A DNA stretch of 64,000 nucleotides, taken from the IMG/VR virus record IMGVR_UViG_3300046747_000566, positions 1 through 64,000 of that record. The stretch is one strand, 5' to 3'. Of the stretch, positions 56,160 to 64,000 are shown in pieces. Both the position numbers and the translations under genes were made by a program. The stretch comes from a virus. Positions within the stretch are counted from its first letter, which is position 1; the number at the start of each line of letters is the position of its first letter. The notes beneath the pieces were generated by a model. That model worked only from the letters and a program-made list of their open reading frames with translations, made no database searches and was not told the DNA's origin.

Positions 56160-58859
56160 GTGCGAGGCAAACGGATATACTCAATGGGAAGAGAGCATGA
56201 ACGCGAGCGGAGGCCGCGAGGAGGAAAGGAACACACCGTGTTGACTGACGATAGTTTTCACGCCTGGTGCTTGCAGAACAAGATTCCTGCGGAGACTGAA
56301 GCCTACATTGAGCGTATTCGTTCGTCGCAGCCTGTGCGAAAGGTGCGCAGCCGCGCTTCTAACGTCAGTGGGCGGTATCCTTCTGTCAAAATGGGCCGCT
56401 CCATCCAATTTGAAAGCCGCCACGTTGAGTTGTGGGGAATCTACGAGATGGAGCGAGATGACGATGTGCTGGAATACTACGATCAACCCACCCGTATCCA
56501 GCTTCAGTATCGCGCCCGCTCTGGTCGCAAGACGACCCAATGGCATACTCCAGATTTCTTCGTCATTCGGCAACACTCCGCTGGCTTTGAAGAGTGGAAG
56601 CCCGTTACTGCCCTGGATACGCTTACGGTGACGATGCCGGAGCGGTACCAAAGCGAAACATCAGGCGGCTGGCGCTGTCCCCCTGGAGAAAGCGCAGCAC
56701 AGGTGCATGGCTTGTTCTATCGGGTACGGACCAATGCAGAGGTCCATCCGCTCGTGATCCAAAATCTCAAGTTTCTCCAAGATTTCTGGATTCACCCATA
56801 CGAAGTTCCACCTGAGCAAGAAGCTCAAGTACTGACACTGGTCAGCACCGCTCCAGGGATCACGGTCCGTCAACTCCAGGAAGCCTGCCCTGATCCGCCT
56901 GTCGATGTGCTTTGGGCACTGCTGACCGATCAGCGTCTCTTTACCGATTTGTCTGCTTCCTCGCTCATGCAATGGGACCAAATACGTCTCTTCCGCTCCC
57001 AGGCTGAAGCAGAGGAGGCTCGTTCTCGTGCAGTGAGGTTTTCGCAGCCGATTCCGTTGTTTACTCGACTGAGCTTCGACGGGCGACTGTGGGAAGCAGA
57101 AAAACAGGGAGATCAGGTTGTCTTGCGCCCAGAAGTTGGCGTCGCTGTCACCTTGCCGACAACCCAAGTGCAACACCTTCTCGCCACGGGTGCTGCCACG
57201 CTCGTCGGGGAGGCTACCCCATCCAAACTTTCCGAGGAGGCCAGAACTTTGCTGCTTGGCGCTGGCCCGACTGCTTTAGCTGCTGCCAATCAACGCCTCA
57301 GCACCATCCTGGCATATATGAGCGGCGAAACGGTGACGGTCACGAAACGCTCCGTGCAAAACTGGCTGCGCAACTACCATGAAGCCGAGCGGACATATGG
57401 ATGTGGGTATCTCGGGTTACTGGACAAATCAGCGCGTCGTGGCAACCGAGCACCTCGCGTAGACGCGGCATCAAAACAGCTTCTGGAAACCGTTCTTCGT
57501 ACCCATTACGCGGTACCTCAAGCGAAACGTCGCCCTGCCGTCTATGCCCTCTACCGTGAGGAATGCGTCAAACAGCATGTTTCCCCTGTCAGTCAAGCCA
57601 CTTTTTATCGGGAATGTGCCCTCTTTACGACACCCGAAGTCACGACAGCCCGGAGGGGCAAGCGTGCTGCTTACGCTGATCAACCCCGCTTTTTCTACCT
57701 GGATCAGACCACTGCGCGTCATGGCGAACGGCCATTTGCTCTCGCACATCTTGATCATACGGAACTCGATATTCTGCTCGTCTCCTCCATCACCGGCAAA
57801 CCGCTGGCAAGGCCTTACGCAACGTTTCTGATTGACGCCTACAGCCGCCGCCTGCTGGCTGTCCATGTCAGTTATGAACCTCCCAGTTATCGGTCAGTGA
57901 TGATGGCCTTTCGACTCTGTGTCCAGCGCTACGGTCGTCTTCCCCAGGAAATCGTGGTCGATCATGGCCCAGAGTTTGGCAGCGTCTATTTTGAAGCATT
58001 ACTCTCCCAGTGCTTTGTGACGAAAATCAACCGACCACCTCAGCAGCCGCATTTTGGGTCCGTGATTGAGCGAATTTTCGGAACCACCACCAGCGAATTC
58101 CTCAATCAGCTCCGAGGCAACACACAAGCCAGTAAAGTGCCTCGCCTCCTTACACGAGAAGTGGACCCCAAACGGCTAGCTGTCTGGACACTGGAACGCT
58201 TTGCAGCACGGCTCACCGAATATGTCTACGAGGTCTATGATGTGATGGAGCATCCCGCATTATTCATGAGTCCACGCGAGGCCTACGCGCAAGGGATGGA
58301 GTTGGCAGGAGCGCGGAGTCATCGGGTTATTGCCTACTCTGAAGCGTTCCTGATGCAGACGCGGCCCACCACTCGAACTGGCAAGGCGAAAATCTACCGG
58401 GGACGCGGTATCACCGTTAACGGGTTGCAATACTGGCATGAGCGGATGATGGCCTCGGACATTGCTGGTCAAACTGTGCCAGTGCGTTTTGAACCCTACG
58501 ATATGGGAGTGGTCTATGCCTACATTGATGGCCAATGGCTTGGATGCATTGCCGATGCCTATGCGCAGGTGCATGGGCGCTCCGAAAAGGAGTGGAACCT
58601 GATCCTGGACGAGTGGCGTGAGCACCAGCGCCAACATGCGCAGAAGCGCGTAACACTCAATGGTCCGTTGCTCGCCCAATTTTTGCAACAGGTAGAACAG
58701 GAAGAAACATTCTCACTTCAGCACGAGCGCGAGTACGAAGAGCAGGCCCTGCGTTCGGCCAGCCTCGGATCGCACTCTCGGCTTCCTCGTTCGGATGAGA
58801 TCCCTCCAGAAATTACCATTGATTTGACCAAACTTCGTCACCTTGAGGAGTATCGCTGA
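56160..58859 (+). CDS. tnsAB: TnsA-TnsB fusion transposase (likely start GTG 56238 after GGAGGAAAGG)
   Basis: TnsA-like FESRHVELWGIYEMERDDDVLEYYDQP...WHTPDFFV...FEEWKP. DDE core HLDHTELD ... VVDHGPEF ... GSVIERIFG. Confidence 0.8.
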   Translation: MRGKRIYSMGREHERERRPRGGKEHTVLTDDSFHAWCLQNKIPAETEAYIERIRSSQPVRKVRSRASNVSGRYPSVKMGRSIQFESRHVELWGIYEMERDDDVLEYYDQPTRIQLQYRARSGRKTTQWHTPDFFVIRQHSAGFEEWKPVTALDTLTVTMPERYQSETSGGWRCPPGESAAQVHGLFYRVRTNAEVHPLVIQNLKFLQDFWIHPYEVPPEQEAQVLTLVSTAPGITVRQLQEACPDPPVDVLWALLTDQRLFTDLSASSLMQWDQIRLFRSQAEAEEARSRAVRFSQPIPLFTRLSFDGRLWEAEKQGDQVVLRPEVGVAVTLPTTQVQHLLATGAATLVGEATPSKLSEEARTLLLGAGPTALAAANQRLSTILAYMSGETVTVTKRSVQNWLRNYHEAERTYGCGYLGLLDKSARRGNRAPRVDAASKQLLETVLRTHYAVPQAKRRPAVYALYREECVKQHVSPVSQATFYRECALFTTPEVTTARRGKRAAYADQPRFFYLDQTTARHGERPFALAHLDHTELDILLVSSITGKPLARPYATFLIDAYSRRLLAVHVSYEPPSYRSVMMAFRLCVQRYGRLPQEIVVDHGPEFGSVYFEALLSQCFVTKINRPPQQPHFGSVIERIFGTTTSEFLNQLRGNTQASKVPRLLTREVDPKRLAVWTLERFAARLTEYVYEVYDVMEHPALFMSPREAYAQGMELAGARSHRVIAYSEAFLMQTRPTTRTGKAKIYRGRGITVNGLQYWHERMMASDIAGQTVPVRFEPYDMGVVYAYIDGQWLGCIADAYAQVHGRSEKEWNLILDEWREHQRQHAQKRVTLNGPLLAQFLQQVEQEETFSLQHEREYEEQALRSASLGSHSRLPRSDEIPPEITIDLTKLRHLEEYR

Positions 58860-60226
58860 TGCGTTCACTTCACCCGGCTCTCCAGGCTCGCTTAGCGGCA
58901 TTACAGCAGTACAAGATCAAACACGCTTCTTTGGAAAAAATGGATGATCTGCTGATGAATGCCATTGATGAGCACACCAGCTACAGCATCTTGGCCCTGT
59001 ACGGTCCTAGCGGGGTCGGAAAATCCACCGTCATGAAGCGGATTGCAGAACGGCGTCGGGAGGAGGAGTCTGATCCTTCCGTGGTACCTATCGTAGTCGT
59101 CCAGGCATCGCCGGAAGATGTCGGATCAGCAGCCCGTCTGGATTTTTACCGCCAGACGCTTCACCAACTCCGTGGGCATGTTGCGGTACGGGATCGTATC
59201 TTGAATCTCCCTCTGGCTCGCGAGCGAGGGAAAAAGAGTACTGACCCGGCAGAATGGCTCGAAATGCGTGATGCAGTGTCATATGCGCTCGATCTCCTCA
59301 AAGTTTCGGCTGTCTGCGTTGACGAAGCGCAACATCTGCTACAAGCAGATGCGGCACAAAAGCCTTCCATCCAACTGGACTGGCTCAAATCGCTCACCAA
59401 CCGGAGTAATCTGCTCTATATCCTCCTGGGAAACTTCTCCCTGTACGATTTCTGCCACCTGAACGGACAAGTAGCTCGGCGTGTGCACGAAGAACAATTT
59501 GCTCGATACCACCTGGACCAGCAAGCAGATGCAGTAGAATTTACCAGCGCATTGAAAGTGCTCTTAGAGCAGGTCCCACTCCAGGTTGATATCCCAGAGA
59601 TGCTCACCCATTGGAAATGGTTCGGCGAATGGAGCATCGGCTGTATTGGTATTCTCAGCGATTGGATCGTGGAAACGGCTGCGACGCTCTGCCGTACCGG
59701 AGAGACCGTATTCACCCTTGAGGCGCTGGCAAAGCATGCCCTAAAACCAGCACAGCGCCTCAAATTGGAAACGGAAGCACGCACCGGAGAATTCAAGATT
59801 GAAGAGGCTCGACGCGAAAGCGAACGAGAGCTTCAACGTCTATTGGGCAGACCCTCGACACAACCTCGTAGTTCACCACAACATCCTCCATTGTCCAACG
59901 GTGCCACGACGAGTCCGAGGCCCTCGAAGTCTCACACATCCCCCCATATTGAACGGGCAGCTCACCGCGATCCAGTGGGTGAGCAGGTCTTCACCGGAGC
60001 GAGCACCAAATGCTCCTATCTGGGTATGATTGAAGTGACACGCAACCAATTTCAAGAAACTGGTACTACCTGTGTCGAATGTCCGACCTGCAGCGCTCGC
60101 CGGACCCTCAAATCTCCCAAAGATTGGCCTCATTTTCCATCACACCAGCTGCGCAAAAGCCCGCCGCCAAAAGGAGAACGACGTTGGATATTACAGGAGC
60201 AGATCTGGAAACTGGGCGAAGACTGA
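58859..60226 (+). CDS. tnsC: TniB/TnsC-like AAA+ ATPase with about 165-aa C-terminal extension ending in a Cys cluster
   Basis: LYGPSGVGKST (Walker A), VCVDEAQHL (Walker B). C-terminus KCS...TCVECPTCS. TGATG overlap with tnsAB. Confidence 0.75.
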   Translation: MRSLHPALQARLAALQQYKIKHASLEKMDDLLMNAIDEHTSYSILALYGPSGVGKSTVMKRIAERRREEESDPSVVPIVVVQASPEDVGSAARLDFYRQTLHQLRGHVAVRDRILNLPLARERGKKSTDPAEWLEMRDAVSYALDLLKVSAVCVDEAQHLLQADAAQKPSIQLDWLKSLTNRSNLLYILLGNFSLYDFCHLNGQVARRVHEEQFARYHLDQQADAVEFTSALKVLLEQVPLQVDIPEMLTHWKWFGEWSIGCIGILSDWIVETAATLCRTGETVFTLEALAKHALKPAQRLKLETEARTGEFKIEEARRESERELQRLLGRPSTQPRSSPQHPPLSNGATTSPRPSKSHTSPHIERAAHRDPVGEQVFTGASTKCSYLGMIEVTRNQFQETGTTCVECPTCSARRTLKSPKDWPHFPSHQLRKSPPPKGERRWILQEQIWKLGED

Positions 60227-60245
60227 CGGACCAGTGGGCATACTT

Positions 60246-60401
60246 GATCAAGACAGAGGGGCTCTCTCACTTTGTGTGATTCTGAGACGAGAAAGCAGAT
60301 GGGAAAAAGGAGAGACATGCTAAGAAGCCAGATCATCTCTCCAGACTCTTCAGGTCTGTTCGAGCTTTCACACAAAGTGAGAGAGCCCCTCTGTCTTGAT
60401 C
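60246..60401. repeat. 34-bp perfect inverted repeat separated by 88 bp
   Basis: GATCAAGACAGAGGGGCTCTCTCACTTTGTGTGA at 60246..60279, with its exact reverse complement at 60368..60401. Confidence 0.9.
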
Positions 60402-60435
60402 GAGTAGACCAGCGGGTTTCTTCGCGAGCCTGAAA

Positions 60436-60628
60436 CGAAAAGTTATGTGAGAAAAAACAGTCATACAGCGTCGTTTGCCGAAAACAAAGTGACAAACACG
60501 GCATGGAAAAGTTATGTGAGAAAAAGCAACAGCAACGTTCGTCGATGATGTCCCTTTCCAGGCGGCTTGAGGAAATTCCCTAGAAAAGTTATCTGAGAGA
60601 AAAACGAAAAATATTCTGAGAAACATCA
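60436..60628 (-). repeat. right-end transposase-binding-site-like repeats R4-R1
   Basis: CGAAAAGTTATGTGAGAAAAAA, GGAAAAGTTATGTGAGAAAAAG, AGAAAAGTTATCTGAGAGAAAAA and CGAAAAATATTCTGAGAAACATCA. Confidence 0.7.
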
Positions 60629-60633
60629 CAAAT
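60629..60633. repeat. target-site duplication CAAAT (right)
   Basis: See 55941..55945. Confidence 0.75.
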
Positions 60634-60983
60634 GGTATTCTATATCGGCTTTCATTTTTCCTAATACAGCTTATGCAATACTTGCCATTCATTGGCGTGT
60701 ATTTTGATGTAATTCTGTATTCCTCGCTAGCCGATGAATCATGAGGGAAATTGAACAGTTTTACCACTAAATCATCACACTCATCACAGTACCCGCCCCC
60801 ATTATCTTTTATCCCCTGTACCTTTATCTGCTCTGCAATCTCAAACTGTTTAGCTCGTTCCTCCTGCTGGTTGAATATTTGTTGCCAGTCCAAAGATGAA
60901 AGGTACTCTACCATTTCCTGTGCCTCTTCTGGTGTTTTTACAATATTGAGTATTGCATATCTTGCTGAGTGCTCATTAATCAT
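60629..60983 (-). pseudogene. 5' fragment of the split HNH endonuclease gene
   Basis: Contains YCDECDD...YCISCIRK modules. As found, the ORF reads through into the transposon end as far as 60333. Confidence 0.8.
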
Positions 60984-61996
60984 CCTAGTTTTACCTCCTC
61001 GTTTGCTATTTCGGCATCACCTGCATACCGCAATGGCATAGCGGGACTCGACCAGCCACCGGCCTGTTGCAAGCTCTTGATATCAGTTCCCCCGCGTATA
61101 GCAGACTCTACCCATGCATGCCTACAATCATGAGCTGAGAGCCCTTCAATACCAAGAACACGTTGTCCTAAAACTTTCACGCGCTTGGTTATTGCCCTTC
61201 TACTCATCACTCCCTCTAGCTGACCCCCTTTTCTGCTACCAGCCAGTAACCTCTGTGTTGGCTGGTAGACTTCTAGATATCCAATGAGGGCTACAAGAGT
61301 ATCAGCAGACAACTTATGCCTTTGTGTTTTCTTGACCTTTTCTCTCCTGAAAACCATCAGACCTTCAGAGAGACGAATATCATCAGGTGCTAAATCAGCA
61401 ACTTCCCCACAGCGCAGACCATGGTCTAGAAGCAGGCACATCAACAGCGTATCGCGTCGCCCCTGTGGTGTCCCCATAGGTTTCTTGAGCAAGGCAACCT
61501 GCTCACGTGCAAGGGCAACTGGCTGGGACTTCTTTACCCCTTTGTTTGTATTGTTCCGTTGCTCATTGACATTCTCACCTTGAGCATAGCTATACCCCTT
61601 CACAAGCTGAAGCGCAACAAGCTCACTATAGGGAATAGATCCAGCTTTGGCAGCAAGCCTAAGATACGTTTTCACCGTAGAAAGTCGAATATTGATAGTT
61701 CCAATGGCAAACCCATCTTCTAGCATCCATTGCACAAAGTCAGACACTATTCCATGCGTTATGTCAGACCATGCCTCCGGTTTATGCAAAAGGTCCTCTG
61801 GGCTAATAATGATGTTGTGTCCTGCTATATACAAGCAGAAGAGAGACAAATCATACTTTTGCCTTGCGAGGGTATTAGGATCTATTCTCTTTTGATAGTC
61901 CTCAAAAGACCGCTCTGAAACCAAATCATTCTTTTCTTGTCCAAGCTGAGCAAGAGGAGACTTTCCTTCAGAGAATGGAATAAGGTCATATTCCAC
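60980..61996 (-). CDS. int: tyrosine recombinase / phage integrase
   Basis: GLRCGEV ... HDCRHAW ... GGWSSPAMPLRY. Confidence 0.8.
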   Translation of the reverse strand: MEYDLIPFSEGKSPLAQLGQEKNDLVSERSFEDYQKRIDPNTLARQKYDLSLFCLYIAGHNIIISPEDLLHKPEAWSDITHGIVSDFVQWMLEDGFAIGTINIRLSTVKTYLRLAAKAGSIPYSELVALQLVKGYSYAQGENVNEQRNNTNKGVKKSQPVALAREQVALLKKPMGTPQGRRDTLLMCLLLDHGLRCGEVADLAPDDIRLSEGLMVFRREKVKKTQRHKLSADTLVALIGYLEVYQPTQRLLAGSRKGGQLEGVMSRRAITKRVKVLGQRVLGIEGLSAHDCRHAWVESAIRGGTDIKSLQQAGGWSSPAMPLRYAGDAEIANEEVKLG

Positions 61997-62059
61997 TTTT
62001 CATTTTCCCTTTCTTTGGTACGCACTTTGTTAAATAATCGGTACCATTTTACTCCTATC

Positions 62060-62335
62060 TCAGCATTTTGTCAATCCCTCTGTCCCACTTCTGCCATCTT
62101 TGTTCAACCTTGTTCGTCCTTGTTCGTCCTTGTTCTCTACATCATTTACCGCTTCTTCACCATTGACAAAGCTTCTCAGCTCTCCCAACCAAAATCGCCA
62201 TGTACCTCCTACTTTGTGGCCTTTTATCTTGCCATCATCCATAAATCTGTAGAGTGTTGTTCTGCCTATTCTCAGGTACTCTAGTGCCTCTTTGAGGGTT
62301 AGCAGTTTCTCATCATCTAAGCTTCTTTCATTCAT
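62060..62335 (-). CDS. excisionase-family HTH protein
   Basis: LLTLKEALEYLRIGRTTLYRFMDDGKIKGHKVGGTWRF. Confidence 0.6.
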   Translation of the reverse strand: MNERSLDDEKLLTLKEALEYLRIGRTTLYRFMDDGKIKGHKVGGTWRFWLGELRSFVNGEEAVNDVENKDEQGRTRLNKDGRSGTEGLTKC

Positions 62336-62347
62336 TCTTATCTTCTT

Positions 62348-62581
62348 TCATCCTCTAATTGTTACTTCCTCTAATTTATAGATCCTGCTCTCCTTTTGTA
62401 TGTAAATATGATATTGCCATATTCTAGCAGACATAGTCACTAGCCACTTCTGTGCTATTTCTATACCTATAACGATGCCTTCTACTGTTTCTAACGGAGG
62501 AAACTTATCCTGCCATTCATCCGAAAACGGCCTGACCTCTCTCTCAAAGGTGATTGTTTCACCTATTCTTATATTATTCAT
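62348..62581 (-). CDS. hypothetical protein
   Basis: ORF track. Overlapping start/stop chain. Confidence 0.4.
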   Translation of the reverse strand: MNNIRIGETITFEREVRPFSDEWQDKFPPLETVEGIVIGIEIAQKWLVTMSARIWQYHIYIQKESRIYKLEEVTIRG

Positions 62582-62763
62582 GCTTTCATCCTTTCTATAA
62601 TCCCTTGCATGATTCTCTGGGCTACTTCTTTATTTTGATGTCCATACCCTGTAGGTCCTAAAACGTCGCTATATGGCGTGAACTTCCCATTATCCATGCT
62701 GCCAACCCAATAGATGCTTAGCCTATGGCCATGATACTTTCTCTTGCGTATCACGAATTTCAT
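62578..62763 (-). CDS. hypothetical protein
   Basis: ORF track. Confidence 0.4.
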   Translation of the reverse strand: MKFVIRKRKYHGHRLSIYWVGSMDNGKFTPYSDVLGPTGYGHQNKEVAQRIMQGIIERMKA

Positions 62764-63032
62764 TCTTTCACCTCGATTGGCTCCGTATAGCCGTATTCAC
62801 TCTCTATCTCTAGTTCATGTCCAACGTGTTCTTCTAGAGCAAATACAGTAATGCCAGACCATTTATGTCCCATGATGCTAAATTCGAGATAACCACTCTT
62901 GTCAGCATCAAAAGCTGCTTTAATATATGGCGTTGCTTTAACGAGACTTCTCAGTATCTCCTCGCCATGGTTGAAATCATGATTAGTGCTTACATCGCAT
63001 GTCTTGCAATGCAGTCCCCAGTATTCACTCAT
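62760..63032 (-). CDS. hypothetical protein
   Basis: ORF track. Confidence 0.4.
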   Translation of the reverse strand: MSEYWGLHCKTCDVSTNHDFNHGEEILRSLVKATPYIKAAFDADKSGYLEFSIMGHKWSGITVFALEEHVGHELEIESEYGYTEPIEVKE

Positions 63033-63226
63033 TTTACCTCCATATTTTGTGATGCCTTAACCAGCATCTCGAAGACTTTGGCCTGCTCAGTGCTGTCTTC
63101 GTGACACTTCACATGCTTTGCTGCTTTTATGCCTGTATGGAACTTGATAAGGTCACCCGCGTTTATTTTGTGTCCACAGTCGGTACAGCGGCTTGGAAAC
63201 TTTGCTGACATGATGATCTCGTTCAT
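63029..63226 (-). CDS. zinc-ribbon small protein
   Basis: Trimmed to MNEIIMSAKFPSRCTDCGHK...KHVKCH. ATGA overlap with the upstream gene. Confidence 0.4.
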   Translation of the reverse strand: MNEIIMSAKFPSRCTDCGHKINAGDLIKFHTGIKAAKHVKCHEDSTEQAKVFEMLVKASQNMEVK

Positions 63227-63870
63227 TCTTTCTCGCCTTTCTTGTGTGGTCCTAGGTCTCCGATGCCATTTTCTCCTGCGAGAATATCGACAATCCAAAG
63301 CCAGGACCCGCGATCAAGCTTTCGTGGATTAATCTCGCTTGGATGAGACAAAATAAACTCTCTAATATCCTTGCTCTTAAATATCCAATAATATCCCGAT
63401 ACGTCTTTTTTCCCTTTCAACCATCCTTTCTCTATCCAAGATCTTATAGTCTTCTCCTGAGCACCAAATGATACAACAAGATCGTGTAAAGAATAATAGT
63501 CCTCTGCACGTTCTTTAATTAGTCCCATCTCTTGCGCATGATTATAGATATTCATACGCGATTTCTTGAGTTTCTTCTCAAGATGATGGTATGATACTTT
63601 GCCTATATTCTTGCGTAAATACTCTTCTTCCTCATAAGACCATTGAGACTGCAATCTTGAGTGAGCTACGCCAAGTTCTTTTGCCCAGCGATAAATGATG
63701 TACCTCGGGACCGTGGGCATTGACTTTGCAATGAGATCTATCCGCTCAGTCGTGCCATCGTACAGCTCTAGAATGAGTTTGCGCCCTTTGTCATCAAGAA
63801 AGTACTTTTGTTTCTCGCCTCCTCTACGCGTGCGTAGCGCTCCAACTTGTTCTGGTGGTCGGTATGGCAT
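63223..63870 (-). CDS. DNA-binding protein with repeated HTH-like segments
   Basis: ORF track. IYRWAKELG, MNIYNHAQEMG and TIRSWIEKGWL. Confidence 0.45.
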   Translation of the reverse strand: MPYRPPEQVGALRTRRGGEKQKYFLDDKGRKLILELYDGTTERIDLIAKSMPTVPRYIIYRWAKELGVAHSRLQSQWSYEEEEYLRKNIGKVSYHHLEKKLKKSRMNIYNHAQEMGLIKERAEDYYSLHDLVVSFGAQEKTIRSWIEKGWLKGKKDVSGYYWIFKSKDIREFILSHPSEINPRKLDRGSWLWIVDILAGENGIGDLGPHKKGEKE

Positions 63871-64000
63871 TATCCCTTCTCCTCCAATTTAATAAGACGA
63901 TCAAGATAATCCCTCGCTTTTATCAAGTCTTCCACACCGTTTTTGTGTTTATACCGTGTTACGTATTTGATGATGTTGCCTAGATAAAATTCGGGTCCCC
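63870..64000 (-). CDS. DUF3310-like phage protein (3' part only; gene enters from beyond the window end)
   Basis: My translation gives GPEFYLGNIIKYVTRYKHKNGVEDLIKARDYLDRLIKLEEKG*. Absent from the ORF track. Confidence 0.5.
   Translation of the reverse strand, partial: GPEFYLGNIIKYVTRYKHKNGVEDLIKARDYLDRLIKLEEKG

Larger units (their letters stand above)
55946..60628 (+). mobile_element. 4,683-bp Tn7-like transposon (tnsAB fusion plus tnsC/tniB-like; no tniQ/tnsD/tnsE, no cargo)
   Basis: Termini TGACGTTTCTCA / TGATGTTTCTCA are inverted, and both 3' ends are CA. 5-bp TSD. Multiple about 20-bp subterminal repeats. Confidence 0.8.

Noticed and set aside
55946-60628. IS21-type (IstA/IstB) or Tn5053-type (TniABQ) identity for the two-gene element.
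   Set aside because: The transposase is 899 aa with an N-terminal TnsA-like endonuclease pattern, which IS21/Tn5053 transposases lack. No TniQ or resolvase is present. This remains a motif-level judgement.

Overview
The window appears to be one contiguous temperate siphovirus-like phage or phage-plasmid genome segment. I saw no host genes. All family assignments come from motifs I read in the translations; no database search was run. Most genes are on the minus strand. In descending coordinates: early small genes, an excisionase-like HTH and a tyrosine integrase (62.3-61.0 kb), an HNH gene, and an ORF-free region with a tRNA-like element. Then come terS/terL, a portal-MuF fusion, a protease-scaffold, an HK97-type capsid, connectors, tail tube, G/GT chaperone, tape measure, large fibre/beta-helix proteins, lysis genes, an accessory operon, parAB and an early array. 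A plus-strand block at 5.3-11.5 kb carries regulator, GIY-YIG, replication and HNH genes. Main findings: (1) A 4,683-bp cargo-less Tn7-like element (55946-60628) has a fused TnsA-TnsB, a TniB/TnsC-like ATPase and no target selector. It splits the terminase-proximal HNH gene; removing it plus one 5-bp duplication restores a 900-nt ORF. (2) Three free-standing HNH/EndoVII genes share a promoter and a 5' UTR hairpin with compensatory changes. (3) A 1263-aa protein contains about 65 copies of a 12-aa repeat. (4) A composite tRNA-like locus does not fold as a normal cloverleaf. (5) Several promoter-operator pairs are duplicated.
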